Of a stretch of 64,000 nucleotides of DNA, positions 1 through 10,151 are shown piece by piece. Origin of the DNA: Acidobacteriota bacterium (GTDB taxonomy: Bacteria; Acidobacteriota; UBA890; WLXD01); the NCBI GenBank assembly GCA_963666055.2, contig CAXWPH010000015.1, forward strand, positions 1,600,001 to 1,664,000. Direction: 5' to 3'. Positions within the stretch are counted from its first letter, which is position 1, and every line of letters starts with the position of its first letter. Under the pieces are notes generated by a model. The model saw nothing but the letters and a program-made list of their open reading frames with translations, was not told where the DNA came from and ran no database searches. Made by a program: the position numbers and the translations under genes.

Positions 1-832
1 CATCGTATCCGGTGAGGTGTGGACAATTGCACCAAACGACGCCCGGTAGGGGCGTCTTCAGCCACCAGCGGGCCCACGAGCCGCCGAGTATCTTGCGAGC
101 CTCACGGTCGAGACGCGTGAACTCGTCGTGCTCCTCGAACTCGAACCTCTCTGCCGCAGCCGTATCGACGTCGCCGAGCCTGAACACGGTGGTCAACATG
201 TATGTACCGCCGACGAAGTCGGCACCGGCGCGCACGGCCACATCGAGATCACCGGTAGCGTCGATCACCACGCCGCCGAGGATCGCCTGTCTACCCTCCT
301 TGGTGTCGCAGATCACGCCTTCCACCCGTCCGTCATTCATCACCGCAGCCGAAAACCATGAATGTAGGCGCAGACGCACACCAGTTTCGGCGACCATATC
401 TTCTGAGGCGCGCTTCCACGCTTCGGGGTCGAACGCCACGGCGTAGGTAATGGGTTGCGGACGGTCGCGCGAGTAGTAGTCGTACACGCCCCAACGCGAC
501 CACTTGCGCCACATCTCGGGGCTCGGTTGACGGTCCTCAGGAGGCGGGTATACCGCTAGGCCCATACGGTCCATGCGGTCGATGACCTCCTGGCAGATGC
601 CGCGGACCACCACCTCGGCGCCGTCGCACATGTCGTCGAGCACCAGCACCTGGCCCCCGGAGGCCAGGCCGCCAAGATGCGAGTAGCGTTCGAGAAGGGT
701 GACGCGTGCGCCGCTTCTTGCTGCCGCGACCGCCGCCGCCAGGCCGGCCGGTCCGCCGCCAACGACGACGACGTCACAGCGGTCAACAACCGGCGTGTGC
801 CGCGCCGGCTCTTCAATGAAATCCGAGGTCAT
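1..832 (-). CDS. FAD-dependent oxidoreductase (partial, runs off window start)
   Basis: Not in the ORF track. Manual translation from ATG at 832 (ATGA overlap with the permease stop) gives MTSDFIEEPARHTPVVDRCDVVVVGGGPAGLAAAVAAARSGARVTLLERYSHLGG, a Rossmann GxGxxG motif, and later VIDATGDLDVA; the frame stays open to the window edge. Confidence 0.85.
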   Translation of the reverse strand, partial: MTSDFIEEPARHTPVVDRCDVVVVGGGPAGLAAAVAAARSGARVTLLERYSHLGGLASGGQVLVLDDMCDGAEVVVRGICQEVIDRMDRMGLAVYPPPEDRQPSPEMWRKWSRWGVYDYYSRDRPQPITYAVAFDPEAWKRASEDMVAETGVRLRLHSWFSAAVMNDGRVEGVICDTKEGRQAILGGVVIDATGDLDVAVRAGADFVGGTYMLTTVFRLGDVDTAAAERFEFEEHDEFTRLDREARKILGGSWARWWLKTPLPGVVWCNCPHLTGYD

Positions 833-1575
833 GGCGCCGCGTCCCAGGTAACGATGCGCCGCTCGAGCCAGCTGATGAGGGCGAAGAACGCAACGGAGAA
901 GGCCGAGGCGAGCACCACCGAAGCGTACAGCAGCGGCGTGTCGAAGTTGTATGTCGCCTGGATGATGAGCGCGCCTAACCCCGCAGTGCTGCCGATCCAT
1001 TCGCCGACGATGGCGCCGATCACCGCTGTCGAGGTGGCGATGCGCAGAGAAGCGAACAGGTAGGGCAACGAATTGGGTAACCGCAACTTGAAGAACACTT
1101 CCCGGTCGCTGGCCGCCAAGACGCGCATTAGCTCCACCGAGCGTGGGTTCACCGACGACAGCCCACGCACCATATTCACCAGTGTCGGGAAGAAGCAGAT
1201 GAGCGCCGCGATAGCGATCTTGGGCTTCATGTCGTTGCCTAGCAGCAGCACCAGGATCGGCGCGATCGCGACGATCGGAATCGTGTTGATCACCACGGCT
1301 ATCGGAAAGAATGCGTCCTGCAGGGACCGTCTTTGGACGAAGGCGATGGCCAGTAGCACCGAGGCGAAGTTGCCCAGCAGGAACCCGGCCACGCTCTCGA
1401 CGGCGGTAGGTATCAGGTTGGCGAACAAAGTGCCCGCATCGCGCCACAATGTCTCTGCAACCGCCAGGGGCGAGGGCACCAGGTAGCTCGGTATCCGGAG
1501 CCACCAAACCGCGGCCGCCCAGGCGGCGAGTAGCGCGGCGGCGCTGAGCAATGGCAACCATCGTGCCGCCCTCAT
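829..1575 (-). CDS. NitT/TauT-family ABC transporter permease
   Basis: About 6 TM segments, FFPTLVNMVRGL and the EAA-like loop ending KLRLPNSLPYLFASLR; ATG at 1575 overlaps the upstream stop. Confidence 0.9.
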   Translation of the reverse strand: MRAARWLPLLSAAALLAAWAAAVWWLRIPSYLVPSPLAVAETLWRDAGTLFANLIPTAVESVAGFLLGNFASVLLAIAFVQRRSLQDAFFPIAVVINTIPIVAIAPILVLLLGNDMKPKIAIAALICFFPTLVNMVRGLSSVNPRSVELMRVLAASDREVFFKLRLPNSLPYLFASLRIATSTAVIGAIVGEWIGSTAGLGALIIQATYNFDTPLLYASVVLASAFSVAFFALISWLERRIVTWDAAP

Positions 1576-2378
1576 CCGCACTGCTCCAGCAAGGCTCGCA
1601 GCATTGCCGCCTGGTGCACGAACGGTTCGCTCTCCCGCACCGCAAGCCGGCGCGGCTCGGGCAGATCGGTGGTCGCGATGTCGAGAACCCGCCCCGGCCT
1701 GGCGGCGAGCACCAGCACTCGACGTCCCAGGAACAACGCCTCCGAGATACTGTGGGTGACGAACACGATCGTGGTGCCGGTCTTCTGCCAGATCTGCACC
1801 AGCTCTTGGTTGAGGCGATCGCGGGTGATCTCGTCGAGAGCACCGAACGGCTCATCCATCAGCAGGAGCCGGGGACCGGTGACCAGAGCACGCGCGATGG
1901 CGACTCGCTGGCGCATGCCGCCGGAAAGCTCGTGCGGTAGCGCCAACTCCCGATCGGCGAGGCCTACAAGCGTGAGTAGCTGCGACGGTGTCATGGCGTT
2001 GGCCGGCACGGCGCGCCGCGCTCCGACTTGCAGCGGCAGCTCGACGTTCGCCCGGACACTTCGCCATGGCAGCAGCGCATCCTCCTGGAACACGAAGCCG
2101 ATCTCCTTGCGCTCGCGAGCCGCCTTCGGCGGCTGCCCAAGCACTCGAGCGCTGCCGGACGTGGGGGCGACGAGGTCGGCAATGACGCGCAACAGCGTCG
2201 ACTTGCCACAGCCCGAGGGCCCGATCACGGTCAGGAAGTCGCCGGAGTCGATGGTCAACGACACGTCCTGAAGGGCAACGACGGACCCGCGGTCGCTGGT
2301 GAACTCGACGCTCACGTCCTCGAGTTCGACGATCGCCTGGCGTCGCCGCGGTGCGAACAGCCCGCTGTCAGCGTTCAA
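1572..2378 (-). CDS. NitT/TauT-family ABC transporter ATP-binding protein
   Basis: Walker A GPSGCGKST, signature LSGGMRQR, Walker B LLLMDEPF, FVTH; probable TTG start at 2378 after AAGGAG. Confidence 0.9.
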   Translation of the reverse strand: MNADSGLFAPRRRQAIVELEDVSVEFTSDRGSVVALQDVSLTIDSGDFLTVIGPSGCGKSTLLRVIADLVAPTSGSARVLGQPPKAARERKEIGFVFQEDALLPWRSVRANVELPLQVGARRAVPANAMTPSQLLTLVGLADRELALPHELSGGMRQRVAIARALVTGPRLLLMDEPFGALDEITRDRLNQELVQIWQKTGTTIVFVTHSISEALFLGRRVLVLAARPGRVLDIATTDLPEPRRLAVRESEPFVHQAAMLRALLEQCG

Positions 2379-2412
2379 CCTTGCTGCTCTCCTTGCCGCG
2401 ATCGGCTCCGTC

Positions 2413-3453
2413 TCACGCCGGTGCACCAAGGTGTGGGCGTGCGTCGCGGGTGGCGTCGAGGATGGCGCCGGATACCAAATCGTCCAGCCGCGGAGCCCGG
2501 GTGGAGAACTGCCCGAGTCGCGCGTAGGTCTCCAGCTGCTCGCTCCAGGTGTCCGGCGACATGCTGCCCCAGCCAAACTCGGCGGTGCGCTCGTTGAACA
2601 CATAGGGCATCTGGAGGCGGGCGGCGAGAATCTCGTCTTCGGGCCGCAGGATCGGATACTCATCGGTGAGCAACTCGACGGCGCGTTCCGGGTTACCGTG
2701 GACGAAGGCCCAGCCGCGGCCGCTGGCACGCAGGAACGCCGTGAGGACATCGGCGTCCTCGTCCAGCGTCCGGTGGGTAGCGTAGTAGGGCATGGCGTAC
2801 AACCGGATTCCGGCGTCCCAGAGCCGCATGGAGAGCTGGCGCCCACCGAGTGGTCGCAGCGATGCAGCGTTTGTCGCCCAGCCGGTGATCACGTCGACCT
2901 GTCCAGTGGCCAGGGGTACGAGCGAGGAGCCGACGACCTGCACTTCGAGCCGCGACGGGTCGATCTGATGTCGCGCCAAGAGCGCGTTGAGCAATACTCG
3001 GCCAGTGGGCTGAATACCTATCCGCTTGCCAACCAGATCGCCGGGCTCGTACACCGGGTTCTCGGGCAGCGAGAAGTAAGTGTACGGGTGCTCCTGCATT
3101 GCCACCGCGAAGCAACGAATCGGGATACCCTGCGAGACCGCCAGCATGATCGACGGACTAGATGTCGTCTCGCCAACCAGGTAGCGCCCCGAGGCGACGA
3201 TGGCCACGCCGTCGATGTTGGCTCCTCCGGGACGAATCCGGAAAGCGAGACCCTCCTCGTCGAAGAACCCCAGGCGCGCCGCCGCCACCTCGCCGAGTTG
3301 ATTGACCCCCACCAGCCAGCCGAGCTGCATCTCGACGATTCGGCGTCCGTCCGCCGTCGTTCCTGACGTTCCTACGCATGCCCCGAGCCCCAATCCGCCG
3401 ACGGCTGCGGCGCACCCATGCAGGAAAGCGCGCCTTGTCCGAGTGTTGCTCAT
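2413..3453 (-). CDS. ABC substrate-binding lipoprotein, NMT1/THI5-like
   Basis: Twin-arginine signal TRRAFL plus lipobox LGAC; GFFDEEGL, RPGG and DLVGKRIG motifs typical of NMT1/SsuA-type binding proteins. Confidence 0.8.
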   Translation of the reverse strand: MSNTRTRRAFLHGCAAAVGGLGLGACVGTSGTTADGRRIVEMQLGWLVGVNQLGEVAAARLGFFDEEGLAFRIRPGGANIDGVAIVASGRYLVGETTSSPSIMLAVSQGIPIRCFAVAMQEHPYTYFSLPENPVYEPGDLVGKRIGIQPTGRVLLNALLARHQIDPSRLEVQVVGSSLVPLATGQVDVITGWATNAASLRPLGGRQLSMRLWDAGIRLYAMPYYATHRTLDEDADVLTAFLRASGRGWAFVHGNPERAVELLTDEYPILRPEDEILAARLQMPYVFNERTAEFGWGSMSPDTWSEQLETYARLGQFSTRAPRLDDLVSGAILDATRDARPHLGAPA

Positions 3454-3551
3454 GGCGGCGAATCTATCGCCGTCCCTAGGTGCGGGACAACCAGCTGTCG
3501 AGGGGAGCTCGGAGCGTGGGTCTCCTGAGGCCCTTCCCTCGTCCTCCGAGA

Positions 3552-5369
3552 TCAGACGGCCGCCGCCTTCTCCTGCGCCGCTTCTTGGAGGCGTGACCGC
3601 AGGGCGTCGAGTTGCTGCGTCAGCGCTTCGGGGAGGCGCTCGCCGAACTGCTCGTAGTGCTGCTCGATCAACGGGATCTCCTGCTGCCAGCCGTCGATGT
3701 CGACGCGCAGCAGTTCCTCGAGATCGCTCCGCGCAAGGTCCATCCCGCTGACGTCCAGGGCGTCGGCAGTGGGCATGCGGCCGACGGGTGTGTCGATGGT
3801 TTCGCTGAGTCCGTCGCAGCGCTCGAACACCCACTTGAGGACACGCGAGTTGTCGCCGAAACCGGGCCAAAGGAAGCGGCGGTCGGCGTCACGGCGGAAC
3901 CAGTTCACGTAGAAGATCTTCGGTAGCTTGGCTGGGTCAGTCTTCGCTCCGAGACGCAGCCAATGGGCGAAGTAATCGCCCATGTGGTAACCGCAGAAGG
4001 GCAACATGGCCATTGGGTCACGGCGTACCTCGCCAACTTGCCCGGCGGCGGCAGCGGTCTTCGCCGACGACATGATCGAGCCCAGGAACGTGCCGTGCTC
4101 CCAATCGAAGGCCTCGGTGACCAATGGGATCACGGTTTCGCGGCGACCACCGAACAGGAAGGCGCTGATCGGCACTCCCGCCGGGTCCTCCCATTCCGGC
4201 GCGATCACCGGGCACTGGTGGGCGGGGGCGGTGAACCGGGCGTTCGGATGTGTCGCCGGCCGACCCGAGTCGGGCGTCCAAGGTCGTCGCAGCCAGTCGA
4301 CAAGCTCGGGGGGCGCTTCAGGCGTCATGCGCTCCCACCACGCGTCGCCGTCCGGGGTGAGGGCGCAGTTCGTGAAGATCGAGTTGCTCGCCAGCGACAG
4401 CATGGCGTTGGGGTTCGATTGGACGCTAGTACCGGGCGCGACGCCGAAGAACCCGGCCTCGGGATTGATCGCGTAAAGTCGCCCATCTTCGCCGAATTTC
4501 ATCCAGGCGATGTCGTCACCGATTGTTTCCACCTTCCAGCCAGGCAGCGTCGGGTTCATCATCGCCAGGTTGGTCTTGCCGCAGGCGCTGGGAAACGCGG
4601 CGGTGATGTATTTCGCGTCACCGGCGGGCGAGGTGAGCTTCAGGATCAGCATGTGCTCGGCGAGCCAACCGTTGTCGCGGGCCTGTACCGAGGCGATGCG
4701 CAGTGCATGGCACTTCTTGCCGAGCAGCGCGTTGCCACCGTAGCCGGAGCCGTACGACATGATCTCGCGGCTCTCGGGGAAGTGGGCGATGTACTTGTTG
4801 TCGGTGTCGCATGGCCAGGGCAGGTCTGGCTGTCGGTCGCTGGTGAGCGGGTAGCCGACGGAGTGCAGCCCGCTCACGAAGCTGTCGTCGTTGCCGAGCA
4901 CCTCGAGCACGGGAGTCCCCACCCGGGCCATGATGTGTAGGTTGCAAACCACATACGGCGAGTCGCTGATCTCGATGCCGATCTTGGAGATGGGGCTGCC
5001 GATCGGTCCCATCGAATAAGGGATCACGTACATCGCGCGTCCGCGCATGCAGCCTTCGTAGAGGCCTCGCAGCGTGGTGCGCATGTCGTCCGGATCGGCC
5101 CAGTTGTTGGTCGGTCCGGCATCTGTTTTCGACTCCGAACAAATGAACGTTTGATCCTCTACGCGCGCCACATCGGCGGGATCCGAGCGGCACAGGAAAC
5201 TGTTCGGGCGTTTGTCCGGATCGAGTCGGATGTACGTACCCGAATCGACCATGAGCTGGCTCAGGCGCTCGTATTCCTCTTGCGAGCCATCACACCAGAC
5301 AACCGTGTCCGGCTCGCACAGCTGTTGGACCTCGTCGACCCAGGCGTTGAGCTTGTCGTTGGTGGCCAC
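3552..5369 (-). CDS. pckG: Phosphoenolpyruvate carboxykinase (GTP)
   Basis: [60 protein letters not shown]. Confidence 0.97.
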   Translation of the reverse strand: MATNDKLNAWVDEVQQLCEPDTVVWCDGSQEEYERLSQLMVDSGTYIRLDPDKRPNSFLCRSDPADVARVEDQTFICSESKTDAGPTNNWADPDDMRTTLRGLYEGCMRGRAMYVIPYSMGPIGSPISKIGIEISDSPYVVCNLHIMARVGTPVLEVLGNDDSFVSGLHSVGYPLTSDRQPDLPWPCDTDNKYIAHFPESREIMSYGSGYGGNALLGKKCHALRIASVQARDNGWLAEHMLILKLTSPAGDAKYITAAFPSACGKTNLAMMNPTLPGWKVETIGDDIAWMKFGEDGRLYAINPEAGFFGVAPGTSVQSNPNAMLSLASNSIFTNCALTPDGDAWWERMTPEAPPELVDWLRRPWTPDSGRPATHPNARFTAPAHQCPVIAPEWEDPAGVPISAFLFGGRRETVIPLVTEAFDWEHGTFLGSIMSSAKTAAAAGQVGEVRRDPMAMLPFCGYHMGDYFAHWLRLGAKTDPAKLPKIFYVNWFRRDADRRFLWPGFGDNSRVLKWVFERCDGLSETIDTPVGRMPTADALDVSGMDLARSDLEELLRVDIDGWQQEIPLIEQHYEQFGERLPEALTQQLDALRSRLQEAAQEKAAAV

Positions 5370-5637
5370 GCGAAATCCTCGAATTGCGGTGTAGAACTCA
5401 GCAGGTTCCGGCTAGATGCCAGATCGGCATGCCGGAGATACGGTGAATTTAAACAGACAGGAACGCTGCGCGTCGCCCTCGGTCTGCTACTAGTCTGACG
5501 GTTGCAAAAATCTGTCGAGAGGTCGTCGACGACCAGACCTGCCGGCCGCGAGGCTCCCGACCCGCAGCGGTCGTGAGGCAAGCGCATCGTCTGGATGGCA
5601 AACTGCGTGCTCGAACCAGAGCCCCCGGAGCTACTTG

Positions 5638-7179
5638 ATGACCGAGTTGATACAACTGGACTCGCCGCGGCCGCCCAAATGGGCCAAGGTCATCGATCAC
5701 GATGTCTGTATCGGGTGCCACGCTTGCTCGACGGCGTGCAAGTCGGAGAATGCCGTTCCCCTGTCGGTGAATCGCACCTATGTGAAATATGTCGACGTGG
5801 GCGTGTTCCCGAACGCTCACCGAGCATTCCAGGTGACGCGCTGCAATCAGTGCGACAATCCGCCTTGCGCCACCGCTTGCCCGACCTCGGCGATGTACCA
5901 GAGGCCGGACGGCATCGTCGACTTCGACAAATCGATCTGCATCGGCTGCAAGGCGTGTATCGCTGCCTGTCCTTACGACGCTATCTTTATCAACCCGGAG
6001 GACCACGCGGCGGAGAAGTGCAACTTCTGCGCTCACCGACTCGATATCGGCCTGGAGCCGGCCTGTGTCGTCGTGTGTCCCACCGAGGCGATCCTGGTGG
6101 GCGACATGCACGATCCGACGTCGCGTGTCTCGCAGATCGTGCAGCGCGAGCCAGTGTCGGTACGGCGTCCAGAGAAGGAGACGGCGCCGAAGCTGTTTTA
6201 TACGGGTGCCACACAGGTCACACTCGATCCGCTGGCGGCTCAGCGCCCCCCGGGGGGCCTGTTCATGTGGAGCGAGCAGACTTCTGGTGGGCAGCACGTC
6301 GTCTCCGGTCACCCGGATCGCCCCAACAACGCTGCCGCCGCCATGCTGTCGTACGACATCCCGCACCAAATTCCGTGGGACTGGCGGGTGAGCGCCTACA
6401 CGTGGACCAAGGGGATCGCGGCGGGGAGCTATCTGGTAGCCGGGTTGGCGGTCCTGCTGGGCTTCCTCGAGGCTACTCACCCGCTGTGGCAGTGGGTCGC
6501 GCCGCTGGCTGCGATGGTCTTTCTGGCGATCACGGGCGGTTTGCTGATCGGCGACCTGGAGCACCCCAAACGCTTCTACTACATCTTCACGCGGCCGCAG
6601 TGGCGAAGCTGGCTGGTGAAGGGCGCCGTGATCATCACGGCGTACGCGGCTGTGCTAACGGGACATCTGATCTGTAGCCTGCTCGGCGCCTACCAGATCC
6701 AGCTGGGATTGCTGCTTCCGGGGTTGCCCTTGGCAGTGATGACAGCGGTGTACACGGCCTATCTGTTTGCCCAAGCGAAGGGCCGCGACCTGTGGCAGAG
6801 CCCGCTGCTGCCAGCGCACATGGCGGTGCAAGCGATGCTCGCCGGCGCCGCTGTGCTGCTGCTCTCGGCGACATTCGTAGCGATTCCCGCCGCCGCGCGG
6901 TCGATGCTGCTGGGCGTCTTGTGTCTGGCCTGCGGTGCACATCTCGCCATGGTCTGGGGCGAGGTGACGCTCACACACTCCACCGCCCACGCCGGTCTGG
7001 CGATCGAGGAGATGACCCGAGGACGCTACGCCTGGTATTTCCGCATCGGCCTGGTGCTGACATTCGCCGGGCTGCTGGCTCCGTGGTGGATGATCACCTC
7101 CGCGCTGGCGGCGCTGGCCGGCCTCCTGTTGCACGAGCACGCCTACGTTCAGGCGGGCCAGTCCGTGCCGCTCGCATGA
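5638..7179 (+). CDS. 4Fe-4S dicluster protein fused to a NrfD/PsrC-type membrane anchor
   Basis: Four Cys clusters (CIGCHAC..C, CNQC..PPC..CP, CIGCKAC..CP, KCNFC..C..CP) followed by about 8 TM segments with PWDWRVSAYTW and LIGDLEHPKRF (NrfD motifs). Confidence 0.9.
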   Translation: MTELIQLDSPRPPKWAKVIDHDVCIGCHACSTACKSENAVPLSVNRTYVKYVDVGVFPNAHRAFQVTRCNQCDNPPCATACPTSAMYQRPDGIVDFDKSICIGCKACIAACPYDAIFINPEDHAAEKCNFCAHRLDIGLEPACVVVCPTEAILVGDMHDPTSRVSQIVQREPVSVRRPEKETAPKLFYTGATQVTLDPLAAQRPPGGLFMWSEQTSGGQHVVSGHPDRPNNAAAAMLSYDIPHQIPWDWRVSAYTWTKGIAAGSYLVAGLAVLLGFLEATHPLWQWVAPLAAMVFLAITGGLLIGDLEHPKRFYYIFTRPQWRSWLVKGAVIITAYAAVLTGHLICSLLGAYQIQLGLLLPGLPLAVMTAVYTAYLFAQAKGRDLWQSPLLPAHMAVQAMLAGAAVLLLSATFVAIPAAARSMLLGVLCLACGAHLAMVWGEVTLTHSTAHAGLAIEEMTRGRYAWYFRIGLVLTFAGLLAPWWMITSALAALAGLLLHEHAYVQAGQSVPLA

Positions 7180-7186
7180 GGACACG

Positions 7187-10108
7187 ATGAACGACCTCGA
7201 GAAGCTGAACGAGCGGGTAAGCGCCGCGCGGCGCGAGGTCGAGGGGCGTGGCGAGACCTTTTATCCGGGCCCGAGTCGCATCCATCTGGCCAGCTTTCCG
7301 CCCAAGGAGCGGTGGGACGACTGGGTGGAGCTCGAGTCACGCGCCTGGCCTCGTCGTGAGGAACGTCACTACATGCTGGTACCCACGACCTGCTTCAACT
7401 GCGAATCGGCATGTGGGCTTCTCGCCTACATCGATCGAGACACCATGCAGGTACGAAAGTTCGAGGGCAATCCGGAGCACCCAGGTTCGCGCGGCCGCAA
7501 CTGCGCCAAGGGGCCGGCGACGCTTAACCAGATCACCGATCCCGACCGCATCCTCTACCCACTCAAACGTGTCGGCGCTCGCGGCGAGGGTAAGTGGAAG
7601 CAAGTGTCGTGGGACGAGGCCCTCAACGATATCGCCGGCCGCCTACGCAACACGATCTCGGAGAACCGCCACAACGAGATCATGTATCACGTCGGAAGGC
7701 CGGGTGAGGATGGCTTCACCGAGCGGGTGATTGCGTCGTGGGGGGTCGATGGCTACAACTCCCACACCAACGTGTGCTCCGCCGGCGCGCGCACCGGCTA
7801 CGCGCTGTGGTGCGGAATCGATCGGCCCAGCCCGGATCATGCCAACGCCGACGTGATGTTGTTGGTGTCGGCGCATCTCGAGACGGGCCACTACTTCAAC
7901 CCACACGCCCAGCGCATCACCGAGGCGCGTCGCCGCGGGGCCAAGCTCATCGTCTTCGATACCCGGATGTCGAACACCGCCACCCACGCCGACTATTGGC
8001 TGGCGAGTTACCCGGGATCCGAGGCGGCAGTGTTGCTGGCGATCGCCAACCATCTGATCAAGAACGAACTCTACGATCGCGAGTTCGTGCGTCGCTGGTG
8101 GAACTGGCAAGAGTACATGGTGAAGGAGCGTGCCGATGAGGCCGCTACCTTCGAGTCCTTCGAGACAGCGCTCAGGGGACTCTATGCCGAGTTCACTTTC
8201 GAGTTCGCCGCCCAGGAGTCGGGGCTCGATGCCGACGTTATCGCCGAAGTGGCTGCCGTGGTGGCGGGCGCCGGTACCCGGTTGGCCACCCACAGTTGGC
8301 GCAGTGCCGCCGCCGGCAACGAGGGAGGCTGGCAAGTGGCACGTACGCTGATGCTCCTCAACGCGCTGACCGGATCGGTGGCGACGCCCGGTGGTACCTA
8401 CCCGAACGCCTGGAACAAGTTCGTACCCCGGCCCATCCACGCACCGAGTCATCCCAAGACATGGAACGAGCTCAACTGGCCGCGGCAGTACCCGCTGTCG
8501 ATGTACGAGCTGTCGTTCCTGTTGCCGCACCTGATGCGCGAGCAGAACGGACATCTCGACGTCTACTTCACCCGCGTATATAACCCGGTGTGGACCAATC
8601 CCGACGGCTTTTCGTGGATCGAGATGCTGAGCGACGAGGCCAAGGTGGGCCTCTACGTAGCGCTCACGCCGACCTGGAACGAAACCGCTTACTTCGCCGA
8701 CTACGTGCTGCCGATGGGCCACGGATCGGAGCGTCACGACATTCACTCCTATGAGACCCACGACGCCCAGTGGCTGGGCTTTCGCCAGCCGGTGATGCGC
8801 GCTGCCCGCGAGCGTCTGGGTGAAGTCATCACCGATACCCGGCAGGTCAACCCCGGCGAGGTATGGGAGGAGAACGAGTTCTGGATCGATCTGACTTGGC
8901 GCATCGACCCCGACGGCGATCTCGGCATCCGCTGGTTCGCCGAGTCGAAAGCGCGGCCGGGCGAGAAGCTGACCGTCGACGAGTACTACGGCTACATCTT
9001 CGACAACTCGGTTCCGGGCCTGCCGGAGGCGGCCAAGGCCGAGGGCCTGACGCCGTTGCAGTACATGCGGCGCTACGGTGCCTTCGAGCTATCCGACCAT
9101 GTCGGCCCGCTGTACGAAGAAGAGGTCGCTGACGATCAGCTGGTCGATATCGGCGAGGACTTGTTCGGTCGCGTCTACACTGCGGCGCCCGCCCCGGCGC
9201 CCGACAACCTCGTGCCCACCGGCGTCCCGGACCCTGATGAGGAAGGTCGCCGCCCCGCCGGCGTGCGCGTCGACGGCGTCGTCCGGCGAGGCTTCCCGAC
9301 GCCGAGCGGGCGACTCGAGTTCTATTCATCAACGCTGGCGCAGTGGGGCTGGCCGCAGTTCGCGCTGCCCAACTACATTCGAAGTCACGTGCATCCCGAC
9401 AACCTCGACGACGGACAGGTGCCGTTGATCTCGACGTTCAGGCTGCCGGTGCAGATTCACACGCGCTCGGCCAACGCCAAGTGGCTCGACGAGATCGCCC
9501 ACACGAACCCCCTGTGGATCCACACATCACACGCCGCTGGTCTGGGGCTACGAACCGGGGACCTGGTGCGTGTCGAGACCGAGATCGGCTACTTCGTCGT
9601 CAAGGCCTGGGTTACCGAGGGGATCCGCCCCGGCGTCGTTGCCTGTAGCCACCATATGGGCCGTTGGAAGCTCCACGACGAAGGGCAGCGGCAGTTGATG
9701 GCCACCGTTGCCCTCGACCGTGAGGGCAGCAGTTGGGGCATGAGTCGTCGTCGCGCGGGTGGCCCGTACGAGTCCGACGATCCGGACACCCGGCGCATTT
9801 GGTGGACCGATGTCGGCGTGCACCAGAACCTCACGTTCCCGGTCCATCCGGACCCGGTGTCGGGCATGCACTGCTGGCACCAGGCGGTGCGCGTCATGCC
9901 AGCCAAGCCGGGCGACAGCTACGGCGACATCGCTGTCGATACCGAGCGCTCGCGGCGCGTCCACGAGGAGTGGCTGAAGAAGACCCGGCCGGCGGACGTG
10001 CATTCGCCGGACGGTACTCGGCGCCCGTTCTGGTTGGTGCGGCCGCTCAAGCCCTCACGCGACGTCTACGTGCTACCCGGCCGCGAGCCGGAGGTTGTGC
10101 CGTCGTAG
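7187..10108 (+). CDS. Molybdopterin (bis-MGD) oxidoreductase catalytic subunit, DMSO reductase superfamily
   Basis: FS0 motif CFNCESAC...NCAKG, RILYPLKR, SWDEAL, candidate Mo-ligand SHTNVCS, ETAYFADYVLP, TPSGRLEF and a C-terminal MGD-binding domain; GAGGA RBS. Confidence 0.92.
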   Translation: MNDLEKLNERVSAARREVEGRGETFYPGPSRIHLASFPPKERWDDWVELESRAWPRREERHYMLVPTTCFNCESACGLLAYIDRDTMQVRKFEGNPEHPGSRGRNCAKGPATLNQITDPDRILYPLKRVGARGEGKWKQVSWDEALNDIAGRLRNTISENRHNEIMYHVGRPGEDGFTERVIASWGVDGYNSHTNVCSAGARTGYALWCGIDRPSPDHANADVMLLVSAHLETGHYFNPHAQRITEARRRGAKLIVFDTRMSNTATHADYWLASYPGSEAAVLLAIANHLIKNELYDREFVRRWWNWQEYMVKERADEAATFESFETALRGLYAEFTFEFAAQESGLDADVIAEVAAVVAGAGTRLATHSWRSAAAGNEGGWQVARTLMLLNALTGSVATPGGTYPNAWNKFVPRPIHAPSHPKTWNELNWPRQYPLSMYELSFLLPHLMREQNGHLDVYFTRVYNPVWTNPDGFSWIEMLSDEAKVGLYVALTPTWNETAYFADYVLPMGHGSERHDIHSYETHDAQWLGFRQPVMRAARERLGEVITDTRQVNPGEVWEENEFWIDLTWRIDPDGDLGIRWFAESKARPGEKLTVDEYYGYIFDNSVPGLPEAAKAEGLTPLQYMRRYGAFELSDHVGPLYEEEVADDQLVDIGEDLFGRVYTAAPAPAPDNLVPTGVPDPDEEGRRPAGVRVDGVVRRGFPTPSGRLEFYSSTLAQWGWPQFALPNYIRSHVHPDNLDDGQVPLISTFRLPVQIHTRSANAKWLDEIAHTNPLWIHTSHAAGLGLRTGDLVRVETEIGYFVVKAWVTEGIRPGVVACSHHMGRWKLHDEGQRQLMATVALDREGSSWGMSRRRAGGPYESDDPDTRRIWWTDVGVHQNLTFPVHPDPVSGMHCWHQAVRVMPAKPGDSYGDIAVDTERSRRVHEEWLKKTRPADVHSPDGTRRPFWLVRPLKPSRDVYVLPGREPEVVPS

Positions 10109-10151
10109 CGCCAGGCGTCGGGCGTGTTGGGCACTGGCCGCGAGCTGTCAG

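Noticed and set aside
3454-3551. TPP riboswitch upstream of the THI5-like binding protein
   Set aside because: Only small hairpins; the conserved CUGAGA and following TPP core motifs are not visible.
7187-10108. Calling the molybdoenzyme formate dehydrogenase or nitrate reductase
   Set aside because: It lacks the FDH C/U-H active-site motif and Nar-type subunits; substrate left open.
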